Of a stretch of DNA of 64,000 bases, positions 7,870 through 17,926 are shown piece by piece. The position numbers and the translations under genes are program-made. Below the pieces are notes generated by a model. It did no database searches. It was not told where the DNA came from and worked only from the letters and a program-made list of their open reading frames with translations. Positions within the stretch are counted from its first letter, which is position 1. Each line of letters starts with the position of its first letter. The DNA is from a virus: IMG/VR virus record IMGVR_UViG_3300009503_000027, positions 1-64,000 of that record. One strand, written 5' to 3'.

Positions 7870-9822
7870 ATGATAGGCGAAGATTACAAGGCTGGCGTGA
7901 GCTACAAGTTTCGGGTGCCGTTGCGGGATGCCTCCGGTGCTCTGCAGAGCGGCAAGAGTCCCAGTCTGGCCGTTTATCGTCCCGATGATACGCCCGACCC
8001 CAGCCCCCCAACAGTCGCCGAGATTGGCACTTCTGGCATTTACAGGTTTAGCTATACGCCCTCTGCCCAGGGCTGTTACACCTTCATAGTCACTGCAACG
8101 GGCTGCCTTCCGGTGGTGTGGAATATTCAGGTGAGAGGGCAAAGTCGTGATGACCTTGCTCCAGCTGCAACCGCCTTGAGCAATATCGTCTGGACGGACG
8201 CGCGGGCAGCCAAGATAGATAACCTGGATGCTACAATTAGTTCTCGTGCATCCGCCAGCACTGCTCTGAGCAATTCGACGTGGACAGACGAGCGGGCTGC
8301 AAAACTGGACAACCTAGACGCTGCCATTAGCTCACGGGCTGCAGCGGCGACTGCTCTCAGCAACACAACGTGGACAGATGCACGGGCGGCTAAGCTAGAT
8401 AACCTGGATGCTGCCGTCAGCTCTCGCGCTCCCGCCGACACAGCGCTGACTAAAGCAACCTGGACGGATGAGCGAGCTGCGAAGTTGGATAACTTGGATG
8501 CGGCTATTTCTTCTCGTGCCCCGGCAGAGACCGCTTTGAGCAATGCGACCTGGACTAACGAGCGGGCAGCCAAACTGGACAACTTGGATGCCACCGTCTC
8601 ATCTCGTGCTCCTGCAGGGGAGTATGACGAGGAAATGTCACGGCTGGATGTGGCGGTGAGTAGTCGCGCTCCGGCGGATACTGCTCTCAGCAACGTGACA
8701 TGGACGGATGCGCGGGCAGCAAAGCTGGACAACCTAGACGCTGCCATATCTTCGCGCGCACCGGCAGCAACCGCCCTAAGCAATGCCACCTGGACGGACA
8801 CACGCGCCGCAAAACTGGATCATCTTGATGCTAGCATTTCTTCGCGTGCCCCTGCTGGGGAATATGATACGCAGATGGCACGCCTGGACGCTCCTGTCAG
8901 TAGCAGGGCGGCTCCCGGGGACGCAATGGCGCTTACAACTGATGAGCGCACGAGCCTTGTCAGCAGTATTTGGAGCGCTGCTAATAGGACATTGACAAGT
9001 TTTGGTAGCTTGGTAGAAGATATTGCCAGCGCGGTATGGGCGGCTACTTCACGGACACTAACCAGTTTTGGCACACTAGTTACGGATACTGCGGCTGCTG
9101 TTTGGCAATACACTACTCGTGAGGTTACTGGTGGCAATATTGACTATGTGGAAGCGCTCAGCACGGCCTATGACGCAGCCAAGAGTGCTGCCAGCAGCAC
9201 GGTCTGGACCAATGAACGTGCGCAAAAGCTTGACAATCTTGATGCAACAGTCAGCAGTCGCGCACCGGCAGGTGAGTACGATGAGGAGATGTCACGGTTG
9301 GATGTGGCAGTCAGCACGCGGGCGCCAGCGGAGACGGCGCTTAGCAATGCGACATGGACGAATGCGCGGGCGGCAAAGCTGGACAATCTAGACGTTGCCA
9401 TTAGCTCACGGGCTGCAGCGGCGACTGCTCTCAGCAACGCAACATGGACAGACGCGCGGGCGGCAAAACTAGACAATCTTGACGCCACCATTTCTTCGCG
9501 TGCCCCTGCTGGAGAGTATGATACGCAGATGGCCCGGCTGGACGTCTCTGTTAGTAGCAGGGCAGCCCCTGGGGCGGCAATGACCCTTACGCCGGGTGAG
9601 CGTGCCGCAATAGCAGATGCTGTATTGGATGAAGATGTCCAGAGCGCCTCCGCGAATGGGACGACTCTCCGTGCTGCCGCGAAGGCGGCTTGGGCACAAG
9701 GCTTTGGCAAATGGGTACTAGAAAACACAACCTTGACACTTTATGGCCCCGACGGCGTTACAATCGTAAGGCAGTTTGAGATAGATGATCCTACAGCCCC
9801 ATCGTCGCGCACACCAGTATGA
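7870..9822 (+). CDS. Repeat-rich fibre-like structural protein
   Basis: About 10 30-aa repeats (TALSNxTWTDARAAKLDNLDAxISSRAPA), four 20-aa repeats and some 22-aa repeats. Confidence 0.75.
   Translation: MIGEDYKAGVSYKFRVPLRDASGALQSGKSPSLAVYRPDDTPDPSPPTVAEIGTSGIYRFSYTPSAQGCYTFIVTATGCLPVVWNIQVRGQSRDDLAPAATALSNIVWTDARAAKIDNLDATISSRASASTALSNSTWTDERAAKLDNLDAAISSRAAAATALSNTTWTDARAAKLDNLDAAVSSRAPADTALTKATWTDERAAKLDNLDAAISSRAPAETALSNATWTNERAAKLDNLDATVSSRAPAGEYDEEMSRLDVAVSSRAPADTALSNVTWTDARAAKLDNLDAAISSRAPAATALSNATWTDTRAAKLDHLDASISSRAPAGEYDTQMARLDAPVSSRAAPGDAMALTTDERTSLVSSIWSAANRTLTSFGSLVEDIASAVWAATSRTLTSFGTLVTDTAAAVWQYTTREVTGGNIDYVEALSTAYDAAKSAASSTVWTNERAQKLDNLDATVSSRAPAGEYDEEMSRLDVAVSTRAPAETALSNATWTNARAAKLDNLDVAISSRAAAATALSNATWTDARAAKLDNLDATISSRAPAGEYDTQMARLDVSVSSRAAPGAAMTLTPGERAAIADAVLDEDVQSASANGTTLRAAAKAAWAQGFGKWVLENTTLTLYGPDGVTIVRQFEIDDPTAPSSRTPV
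8167..9570 (+). repeat. Intragenic 90-bp and 60-bp degenerate tandem repeats
   Basis: Recurring TGGACGGAxGxGCGGGCxGCxAAxCTGGAxAAC segments. Confidence 0.85.
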
Positions 9823-10088
9823 TTATCATTCAGGGGCTCAAGAGCAATAAGCTGGTCCTGCAGGGCTATAGCCTACGTGTAGCCGTAGTGTGGTTGATCC
9901 TGCAGGGCAGCCTTATGGGGAGGCTGGTGATAGTGGATCCTATGCCCCCGCTCATTGTGGCGGCAGTTGAAGAGAACAAAACTATCGAAGCAGAAGCCCA
10001 GGAAACCGACATTGCGGCTTCTGTAGAAAGCAAGCTTATTGCTGCTTTTGCTGAAGACAGGCTTATCGCTGCCAAGGTCTTGCGCTAA
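9819..10088 (+). CDS. Hypothetical protein
   Basis: ATGA overlap with the previous gene. Confidence 0.6.
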   Translation: MIIIQGLKSNKLVLQGYSLRVAVVWLILQGSLMGRLVIVDPMPPLIVAAVEENKTIEAEAQETDIAASVESKLIAAFAEDRLIAAKVLR

Positions 10089-10123
10089 TGTTGTGGTTGG
10101 CATAAAATAGTTGTCAATAGAGG

Positions 10124-10462
10124 GTGATAGCGATGCCCGCTAATGAGCCACAAATGCGTTACCAAGGCGAGAATAATGCCCTGCGCCTGAAGCTCATTGA
10201 GGCGAATGGCAACCCCATTACGCTGACTGACTGTTCTATTGCCTTCTATGACCACAATGGTGCCCTAATTGAGGAGTTTACCAAAACGGAGTCGCCGTCG
10301 TTGTTTTCCTTCGAGAACAATATCTTGAGTTTCATCTGGAATGTAAACCCCGCCACCTACCCCGCAGGGCAATATTATGCAGTATGGACCTACGAGGCTT
10401 CGGGGCAGATCTACAAAACTCAGGTGGCGATTGAAGTACGCGAGGCGCCCAACCTCGCATGA
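10124..10462 (+). CDS. Hypothetical virion protein (BppU-like Ig fold possible)
   Basis: YQGE..L.L.L...G.PI.LT...PAGQYY pattern. Confidence 0.55.
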   Translation: MIAMPANEPQMRYQGENNALRLKLIEANGNPITLTDCSIAFYDHNGALIEEFTKTESPSLFSFENNILSFIWNVNPATYPAGQYYAVWTYEASGQIYKTQVAIEVREAPNLA

Positions 10463-10731
10463 TGCTTGTGGCCCAAAACAATGGCGACATCGTGATCAAT
10501 GAGCGTACCAAGGTCCCCTTACGGGTAATCTTGGCCGTAGCGGGCATATTACTAGCTGGGGCGGCAGGGTGGTTTCAACTGAAGGGCGAGGTTGGGCAAA
10601 AGCTTGATAGCGCAGTTGCCGCCCATACATATGTCACGCGCGATGAGTATCAGAAGGATTACGAGGGGCTATGCCAGCGGCTAGAACGCATAGAAGACAA
10701 GATTGATAGGCTAATGGAGCGGAATAGATGA
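10459..10731 (+). CDS. Membrane-anchored coiled-coil protein
   Basis: One TM segment then RLERIEDKIDRL. Confidence 0.65.
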   Translation: MMLVAQNNGDIVINERTKVPLRVILAVAGILLAGAAGWFQLKGEVGQKLDSAVAAHTYVTRDEYQKDYEGLCQRLERIEDKIDRLMERNR

Positions 10732-10931
10732 GCCGTGCAGACCACAACTTGATATGCTTCTTGCTCATTCTGGTTGCTATTTGCATGGTGGCCATCGCTG
10801 GCACGCCTCGGATGCCTCCCCTGACCTCAGACTGCCCCTCTGTCAGTCAGCATGCACCTAATGTGGCTATCCAAGCTGCGGATCGCATTGATGCCAAGCT
10901 GGACATGCTACTATCCCGAGGCATGCATTGA
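10728..10931 (+). CDS. Small membrane protein
   Basis: TM segment; RIDAKLDML tail resembles the previous gene. Confidence 0.55.
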   Translation: MSRADHNLICFLLILVAICMVAIAGTPRMPPLTSDCPSVSQHAPNVAIQAADRIDAKLDMLLSRGMH

Positions 10932-11632
10932 GCAGCAAGCGCTACGGTTGGCCATTCATCATTGCCCGTCATAAGAGCCTGTGGGATACCACATTCCCCT
11001 GGCCGCGCGAGATTGTGTTAGACTCCTGGGCAGAGGCGCCCAAGGCACGGAGCACTGATGTGATCCGGTGTAAAGAGCCATTGGTTTCTGCCCAACAGGT
11101 AGCGGTCTACCTTCCGATCATTGAGGCGGCCTTGTTGACTTACCGTGCGGTGGTTGCTCATTGTTTGCTTCCAGGGGTTTTGTCTTTTCTGCCACCCGCA
11201 TGTATCATACAATATAGTCCTTCTATCTGGGCGCATAATTTGCCACTGGATAGCTTGCGTGGGCGGCTGGCATGGATAATAAGTGGCCACCCACGTGACC
11301 AGTGGCGTACATTCCTAGAATTGACTACACGCGGTGTTTGGGTGGCAGGGTTGACCGTACATGCGACAAAGGTCACGTGGAGTGCCGATTTTGTACCCAC
11401 GGGTCGAGCAGCAGATGTCCACCGAGGCACGGCAAGCCTGGTGCGCGTCTGGCGCTACCGAGTGGCACAACTATGCACGCTTTCTCCTGGTGTGCCGCCA
11501 CCGGGCCCTGTGGAAGAAGCCGTTCCGTGTAAAGCAAGAGTGGCTGGCACAGATGGGGCTGCCACCAAACGTGGAAGCTGCCGCCCGACAGATCCTACTG
11601 ACCAAAGCATCTGCAACCATACGGGGGCATGA
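10928..11632 (+). CDS. Hypothetical protein
   Basis: Overlapping start/stop with both neighbours. Confidence 0.55.
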   Translation: MSSKRYGWPFIIARHKSLWDTTFPWPREIVLDSWAEAPKARSTDVIRCKEPLVSAQQVAVYLPIIEAALLTYRAVVAHCLLPGVLSFLPPACIIQYSPSIWAHNLPLDSLRGRLAWIISGHPRDQWRTFLELTTRGVWVAGLTVHATKVTWSADFVPTGRAADVHRGTASLVRVWRYRVAQLCTLSPGVPPPGPVEEAVPCKARVAGTDGAATKRGSCRPTDPTDQSICNHTGA

Positions 11633-12240
11633 GAATGGCTAAGCCGCCGAAGATAGTGATACGCGAAGACGCAACCGAGGAAGATATTGCTCCGCAACTG
11701 TCAAGGGCCTCGCTTACTGACCAGGCGGAGTATGTACAGAAGGCCTTAAGCATGATCCGTGCTGAGGTGCTTCCGGAGAACGTGAGCGGGATGGATAGCC
11801 GGAAGCTCCTGGCGGCATATCTGCTATTCCAGCACCATAGCATCCCGCAGGTAGCGCAGATGCTTAAGCTGCCTGTTCAGACAATTCATGCCTGGCTGGC
11901 CTGTGATGATGACTTCCGCATGGTGATGGATAGGTTTACTGAAGTGGCAGAGCAAGAGGCCTATGCCAAGGCACTTGAACATCTCCATCATCTGCTTGCC
12001 AGCCCTGGGCTTAGCCCACAAGAGATGATGCAGCTGATAGACTTGGCTGTCCGTGTCCGGCGGGTATCCGACCAGCGGGTGGCAACAAGGACCAATACTA
12101 CCCTGAAGGCACGCGAATTAGAGGCACGGATGGCCCAGTTGCGGCAAGGCCACGAACCGAAGTTCGCTTGGCTCGACGATGCTTTCGGGGGCAAGGACGC
12201 GGTTATAGAGGGAGAGTTTACGTCGGAGGATGCTGAGTAA
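11629..12240 (+). CDS. Terminase small subunit (putative)
   Basis: HTH-like segment IPQVAQMLKLPVQTIHAW, directly upstream of the large terminase. Confidence 0.65.
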   Translation: MRMAKPPKIVIREDATEEDIAPQLSRASLTDQAEYVQKALSMIRAEVLPENVSGMDSRKLLAAYLLFQHHSIPQVAQMLKLPVQTIHAWLACDDDFRMVMDRFTEVAEQEAYAKALEHLHHLLASPGLSPQEMMQLIDLAVRVRRVSDQRVATRTNTTLKARELEARMAQLRQGHEPKFAWLDDAFGGKDAVIEGEFTSEDAE

Positions 12241-14096
12241 TGTATCTTGCCCAGAACCAGATACAGGTGGAGGGCCCGCGTGGGCCGGTGCTTCTTGCAC
12301 CTGTCTGGACACAAGAGCAGTGGGAGAAGCTTTCTCCGGCCCAGCAGCAGTTCATATATAATGCCCATACCGACTTTGCGTTCTACTTCTATAAGTGCTT
12401 CTTGCCCTTTCATTCAGAAATGGAAGGCGAAAAGTATCCCCCGGCGCTTCCGTGGCACCTGCGGGAATTCTGTGCTGACTTGTATGCGGCTATTCCTTCG
12501 GCCTTGTTGCCGTTCAATAAGGAGGACATTCCGGAGAACATTGTTGCCCTTGTTTGGCCAATGGGCCACGGCAAGTCCATGACAACCTATGCCCTATGTA
12601 CGTGGCTCATCGGCATCAATCGTCGTATCAGTATCCTTTCTGCTTCCGCATCGGCAGAAACCGCCGAGCTGACGGTAGAGGCGGTCAAGCGCCATCTCGA
12701 AGAGAACGAGCGGCATATTGACGTATTCGGCCGCGCCCGCTTACCGGACAGCACAGGCCCTTGGCAACGACGTAAGTTCACTGTCGAGCGCCCTGTCCAA
12801 AGGCATGCCCCTACAATGTTTGCGGCGGGGGCAGAAGGCGAGATAGAGGGCCGCCGGTTTGATATTGCCATCCTGGATGACGTCACCACCGCCAAGAATT
12901 CCCAGACGGCCCATATGCGCGAGACGGTGAAGCGCTGGATTAACCAGGTTGTCTGGACACGGCTACATCCTCAGCGGCGTATCATGATTGTTGTGGGCAC
13001 AATGCATCACCCGGATGATTATCTGGCGGGTCTCAAGCGGCTGGCTGCTACCACGCCAGGCTCCGTGCGATTCAAGCAATATCCGGCAATTTTGCGGGGG
13101 CAATGGCCCCCCGCCAAGATCGACCAGTCTAAGCCCTATAGCCTGGATAATGTTGTCTTCGATCCTGAGCTGGAGGTACTTTGGCCGGAATTCTGGAGCA
13201 AGGAACGTCTGTTCGAGGACTGGCTGAATGACCCTGCTGCCTTTGCCCTCACCCGGCAGCATCAAGTTGTGACCAATGAGGGGGCACTCTTCCCGCAGGC
13301 ACTGCTCGAACTGAATTGTAGGGCGGACGGGGCCGAGAATAGCTTCGGCAACGCCAAGCCTGTCATCCGCGCATGGAAGACAGGTCTGCCGAAAGAACGC
13401 AACCTGGCTATCTATGAAGCACAAGGCGTGCGTATCACGCAGACAGTGCTAGGGATTGATCCTGCCGCCTCGGCACCGCGGCCCGGTACAGATCCGGACT
13501 ATACCGCTATGGCGCTATGGGGACAAACAGAGGATGGTATTAATATTTGCTTGTGGCTGGATCGCTTCCGGGATTCTGATCCTGCCCGTGCCCGTGCCCG
13601 TATCGCTGAGGCAATCCGTACCCTGTCTCCTGATGAAGTGATCTACGAGGCCCAGGCGATGGAGCGCTACTTCGCTATTGATCTGTCACGCGAGGTAGGC
13701 TTTCCTGTCAAGACGCGGGCGCTAAAGAGCCTTAAGCAAGAAGAAATCAATGCCCTGGCCGGCTATGCGGCAGCAGGGATGTTGATGTATGCTTGGGGAG
13801 ATAGCCAAAGTCAGGCAATGATGTCAGTATTGGAGGAAGAACTGAGCGAGTTCCCACACGGGCGGCATGACGACACTGTTATTGCCTCCCTACATGCTGT
13901 ACAGATTTTGCGTCGCCGTCGCGGCGTAGGTGTCACCGCTAGCCTGATCTCGCAGGGCAAAACAGAGACAGTTAGCAGCGAGGAAGAAGAAGATGTTGAC
14001 AGGACGAGGCGTGTAGGGCACACTTATGGCCTGGCTGATAGGCTACGCATGATGACTCGTCGGCGTCCATTGGAAGTACCGCGCCGCATGTTATGA
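12240..14096 (+). CDS. terL: Terminase large subunit
   Basis: Walker A PMGHGKS, GRRFDIAILDD Walker B, GIDPA...DYTA, FPHGRHDD nuclease motifs. Confidence 0.95.
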   Translation: MYLAQNQIQVEGPRGPVLLAPVWTQEQWEKLSPAQQQFIYNAHTDFAFYFYKCFLPFHSEMEGEKYPPALPWHLREFCADLYAAIPSALLPFNKEDIPENIVALVWPMGHGKSMTTYALCTWLIGINRRISILSASASAETAELTVEAVKRHLEENERHIDVFGRARLPDSTGPWQRRKFTVERPVQRHAPTMFAAGAEGEIEGRRFDIAILDDVTTAKNSQTAHMRETVKRWINQVVWTRLHPQRRIMIVVGTMHHPDDYLAGLKRLAATTPGSVRFKQYPAILRGQWPPAKIDQSKPYSLDNVVFDPELEVLWPEFWSKERLFEDWLNDPAAFALTRQHQVVTNEGALFPQALLELNCRADGAENSFGNAKPVIRAWKTGLPKERNLAIYEAQGVRITQTVLGIDPAASAPRPGTDPDYTAMALWGQTEDGINICLWLDRFRDSDPARARARIAEAIRTLSPDEVIYEAQAMERYFAIDLSREVGFPVKTRALKSLKQEEINALAGYAAAGMLMYAWGDSQSQAMMSVLEEELSEFPHGRHDDTVIASLHAVQILRRRRGVGVTASLISQGKTETVSSEEEEDVDRTRRVGHTYGLADRLRMMTRRRPLEVPRRML

Positions 14097-15913
14097 CATC
14101 CCAAGGATCGGGTGGATGCTCCGTGGCTAACTATGAAACGCTGAGGCTGCAAACTAAAGACGGGCAGGAAGTGGAGGCCCTGGTGGTGCCGGAGAGTATC
14201 AGTGCTCACGTAATTAGTGGCGCTATGGCAGGGCGGCAAGCATGGCTGAAGGTGCGCGGGGGTGAAACTGACGTACAAAGCCTCCGGAAGCAATTCGACT
14301 CCATCTGGCGGCTGTATAGTGTTACAAGTATTCTTCCTCCACCTATACCACCAGAATATTATACCGAGATATATCGCCGTGACCCAATGTTCCGAGCAAC
14401 CATTGATGCTTGTGTAGCAGCAGTTGTGGGGCTAGGTTATACCCTTCGGTATAAACCAGATATTGATTTTGAGATGGGAGTGCCTAATGTAAAAAAGCCG
14501 GGGTCTGCCAGCCTAGCTCGTCGTGATCGTATCTTGGCTGCATTCGAGAACTGCTGGCCCGATCTTTGCTTCCAAGATGTCCTCACCGCCGTCTGGACAG
14601 ACTATGAGGTCACGGGCAATGCCTACATCGAGCTGACACGGAACGGCAATGGCGACGTAGATGGCTTCCGGCACCTCAAGAGTACCCGCGCACGCCTTTC
14701 TACCGACTATCAGCTCGTTTACGAGGTTGACTCCGGTATGCCGGTGGCAGTCTTTGGCCTCTACGGTACCGGTATCACGGCTGTCATGCTGAAAACCGAG
14801 GCCTTGCGCACGGGGCGGCGTGCGGAAAATTGGCACCGTGTGGTAGATTGGACCTCCGTTGGGTTCACGTTTGAGCAAATCGCCAAGGCGCAAGCCGAAG
14901 GGTACACTATAAAAGAAAGCAATGAAGTAGTACACCTGCGCAATTATAGCCCGCACAGTAGCTACTATGGCGAGCCGCCAATCCTCTCGGCTATTGAGGA
15001 TTATATCGGCTCCATCAATGCGCGCCTGTTCAATATTTCGTATTTCAACAATGCCACTGTGCCCCGCATGATGATTATCCTCCGCAATGCCCAGTTGTCA
15101 CCGGATACTGAAGAGCGTATCCGCCAGTTTGTACGTGAGCAGGAAGCATTGGATGCAATGAACCAGGTACTCGTGCTGACGCTGGGAGAAGGTGTGGAGT
15201 TCCAAATAGAGCGCCTATCAAGCAACCAGCTACGGGATGCCGGCTTCTTAGAGTACCGCCAGGCATGTGACGAGGCCATCCGGCGTGCCTATCGGACACC
15301 AGCCTCCTGGGTAGGCATTACAGAGGGGGGCGGGCGGCAACAAATCGTCGAGACCAACCAGAAGTACCTGCATGGGTTCATTGCTCCCCGGCAAGTTAAG
15401 CTATGTGAGGCGTTCAACCGCGTGTTCCGTGAACGCATGAACACAGATGACTGGGTACTGCATCTCAATCAGCACCAAGTGATGGACCGGGATGGATTCG
15501 CCCGGTTTGTAGATATAATGATGCGCCACGGTGTTATGACTATTAATGAGGTGCGGCGCGAACAGGGCATGGCGCCAATTGATGGTGGCGACCTAGCATT
15601 CATTACCCCCATGGGTATGGGTGTAGTGCCGGTGAGTGTTCTGCCCACCTTGACAGAGGCCTACAAGACGGGCCAGGCGGATGTTATAGAGGCACAGAAG
15701 CCGGAGGGGCAACCGGGGGCGCGTCCTCTGGGGCTGACCGTCTTCACCGATCCCCGTGCACGACAATTGCCCCCAGGGGCACGGCGCGAACTGATTGACT
15801 TCCTAGTACAGATGGAGGCTATGGCACAGAATGGTACACTACAAAACGTCATCAAGACGCTTTCGGTGGGCCTTGATGAATGGGAAACCGATACCCCTGA
15901 AGACGGAATATAA
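14093..15913 (+). CDS. Portal protein (PBSX-like)
   Basis: TGNAYIELTRN, NEVVHLRNYSPHSSYYGEP, YFNNATVP, TINEVR...PIDGGD. Confidence 0.92.
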   Translation: MTSQGSGGCSVANYETLRLQTKDGQEVEALVVPESISAHVISGAMAGRQAWLKVRGGETDVQSLRKQFDSIWRLYSVTSILPPPIPPEYYTEIYRRDPMFRATIDACVAAVVGLGYTLRYKPDIDFEMGVPNVKKPGSASLARRDRILAAFENCWPDLCFQDVLTAVWTDYEVTGNAYIELTRNGNGDVDGFRHLKSTRARLSTDYQLVYEVDSGMPVAVFGLYGTGITAVMLKTEALRTGRRAENWHRVVDWTSVGFTFEQIAKAQAEGYTIKESNEVVHLRNYSPHSSYYGEPPILSAIEDYIGSINARLFNISYFNNATVPRMMIILRNAQLSPDTEERIRQFVREQEALDAMNQVLVLTLGEGVEFQIERLSSNQLRDAGFLEYRQACDEAIRRAYRTPASWVGITEGGGRQQIVETNQKYLHGFIAPRQVKLCEAFNRVFRERMNTDDWVLHLNQHQVMDRDGFARFVDIMMRHGVMTINEVRREQGMAPIDGGDLAFITPMGMGVVPVSVLPTLTEAYKTGQADVIEAQKPEGQPGARPLGLTVFTDPRARQLPPGARRELIDFLVQMEAMAQNGTLQNVIKTLSVGLDEWETDTPEDGI

Positions 15914-16097
15914 GTATCCAGAGTGCCCCCAATGCCACGCGCTACTATCGGCGCTTTGCGAGGAGGCGCGGGTTTTGGCAGAGGAATTGGGGGCAGTAGT
16001 CGTGGCATGTCGTGTTTGTGGCAGTCTGTATGAAGCACGTCTGCCCCGCCGTGGCAAATACTGGCTCATAGTTCCCGTCTCTGGACAGGGTACTTGA
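15876..16097 (+). CDS. Small Zn-ribbon protein
   Basis: CPQC...CRVC; start uncertain. Confidence 0.5.
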   Translation: MNGKPIPLKTEYKYPECPQCHALLSALCEEARVLAEELGAVVVACRVCGSLYEARLPRRGKYWLIVPVSGQGT

Positions 16098-16124
16098 CAA
16101 TACTGACAACATTGCTTTACCATA
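16095..16124 (+). promoter_or_regulatory. Putative promoter for head genes
   Basis: TTGACA-18-TACCAT in an AT-richer intergenic gap. Confidence 0.45.
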
Positions 16125-16133
16125 GGCACCGGT

Positions 16134-16340
16134 ATGCCCTACAACAGCGTTGATGATCTGCCACCGGCATTCAAGGGCTTCACGCCCGAACAGCGCAGGT
16201 GGGTACTGCCTGTCCTGAATGCGCTACTGCGTGTCTATGATGACGAAGGCCAGGCAATTGCTATCGCGATAGCATTGCTAAAAAAGCACTTTGGCTTGGG
16301 GAATGACAATGGCCGAGGCAGCAAGCGAACAAAGAGTTGA
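16134..16340 (+). CDS. ChaB-family protein
   Basis: MPYNSVDDLP...N...YDDEGQAIAIA, typical ChaB pattern found next to head proteases. Confidence 0.75.
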   Translation: MPYNSVDDLPPAFKGFTPEQRRWVLPVLNALLRVYDDEGQAIAIAIALLKKHFGLGNDNGRGSKRTKS

Positions 16341-17880
16341 GAAGATACAACTCTTCTGGGTGAATGTCGACAAAGTCGAAGAAGGCGACGAGTGGGCATT
16401 TCACGTTATTGCCTCCACGGATACCCTGGACAAGCATGGTGAAGTGATCGATCCGCAGGCAATCCGGAAGCTAAAGCAGGTAGAGCAGATACCATTCTGC
16501 CTGGCGGAGAGCCATGAAGCTGCCCGCGTCATGCCTACGGCACAAATCGGATGGTTCTATCCTAATAAGGATGGTCCCGACAATATTTATGACGGCCGGG
16601 TTGTCCTCTTCAAATGGCATCCTGAGGCGGCCGTCTATTGGCAAGTTGTCAACGAAAACCCCAGCGATCAGAAGTGCAGTATCGCTGGCGACTTGGTTGC
16701 GGCCACAACGCGGCGGCGGCCGACCCGTATCCTTGATATGATCCCTGACCATATCTTGGCTACACGTGCTGCCGTCGCGGCCAACCCTGATACCAAAGTA
16801 GAAGTTGATATGAGAACCGCAGTGTGGAAGTCTCTTACCGCCGCAGTAGGAGGCGAGAACATGAGCATGGATACCGAAGAGCTGTGGGACGAGAATGAAG
16901 AGGCGGATGAGCTAGTCGTTGAGGGGCTAGAGGAACTTCCGCGGGATGCAGACATCGAAAAGGCAGACATTGAGGTCTCGAATAAGCCCTGGCGCACCAT
17001 CGGGTATGCTAAGCGTCTGCCCAAGGAATGCTTCCTCTATGTTCCGGATCCGGAGAAGAAGTCTACATGGAAGTTCCCCGTGTACGAGGGGAAGAACCCC
17101 GATTCGGATGGCAACTTCCAGGATCGTGGGCCGCTCAACTGGCATGCTCTCCGCAACGCGGCAGCACGCCTCATCGCTATTAAGAACCGCCTCGCGTCCG
17201 GCCGTGGCTTCCGTGGCATGTCTGACGCGGAGGCACGCGACCTAGTATCCACGGTAGCACCCAAGATAGTAGAGCTGTATAAGAAGATCGGGAAGCCGAT
17301 ACCAGAAGCACTAGCAAGATATGATAAGACTGCTGAGGAAGGTGGCATAATGGCCAAGACTTCCACGATTATCGAGGCGGTTAAAGAAGCAATTAGTGGC
17401 GTCATGGGCGAGCTGCTAGGCGCGCGTCAGCCAGATGCTGCACCCGCCGAGCCACCGGTAGCCGAACCCCCTGGTGACGATGTTGCCAAGACCGAGGAAC
17501 CTCCGGAGGCAGCGCCTGCCGATGCTTCTGTTGCCCCGGCACCCGGACCTTCTCTGGAAGAGCGCCTGGCAACGCTCGAGGCCATGTTCGCCGAGATGAA
17601 GGGCGTGCTCGAGCAGTTTGCCGCCGCCAGTGTCGCCAAGACCGATGAACCCGAGGAAGAGCCTGCCGACATCGGCAAGGCTGTTGCCGAGGCTCTGCAG
17701 CCACTTGTGACTGAAGTGCGCACGCTTCAGGAGCAGGTGGACAAGATTGCCAAGGCCCGTGGGGTTTCGCTGCAGGTGGAGAAGGCGTCGGAGCCTGTGA
17801 GCGAGCCGATAGGGCGGCGCATGGGCACCCTGGGGCCACTTGATGACTTCGAGGGTGTCCTTCGCGCACATGCTAAATAA
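16303..17880 (+). CDS. Prohead protease / scaffold fusion
   Basis: ASTDTLDKHGEVI...SH...SIAG...AANP protease motifs; acidic Pro-rich and coiled-coil C-terminus; precedes capsid gene. Confidence 0.8.
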   Translation: MTMAEAASEQRVEKIQLFWVNVDKVEEGDEWAFHVIASTDTLDKHGEVIDPQAIRKLKQVEQIPFCLAESHEAARVMPTAQIGWFYPNKDGPDNIYDGRVVLFKWHPEAAVYWQVVNENPSDQKCSIAGDLVAATTRRRPTRILDMIPDHILATRAAVAANPDTKVEVDMRTAVWKSLTAAVGGENMSMDTEELWDENEEADELVVEGLEELPRDADIEKADIEVSNKPWRTIGYAKRLPKECFLYVPDPEKKSTWKFPVYEGKNPDSDGNFQDRGPLNWHALRNAAARLIAIKNRLASGRGFRGMSDAEARDLVSTVAPKIVELYKKIGKPIPEALARYDKTAEEGGIMAKTSTIIEAVKEAISGVMGELLGARQPDAAPAEPPVAEPPGDDVAKTEEPPEAAPADASVAPAPGPSLEERLATLEAMFAEMKGVLEQFAAASVAKTDEPEEEPADIGKAVAEALQPLVTEVRTLQEQVDKIAKARGVSLQVEKASEPVSEPIGRRMGTLGPLDDFEGVLRAHAK

Positions 17881-17926
17881 CATAGAAAACCACATGTTTG
17901 TTGGGGCAGGTGCCCCGTGATACAAA

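Noticed and set aside
12240-14096. Intein or intron in terminase or helicase
   Set aside because: No intein terminal motifs or homing-endonuclease segments seen; motifs are colinear.
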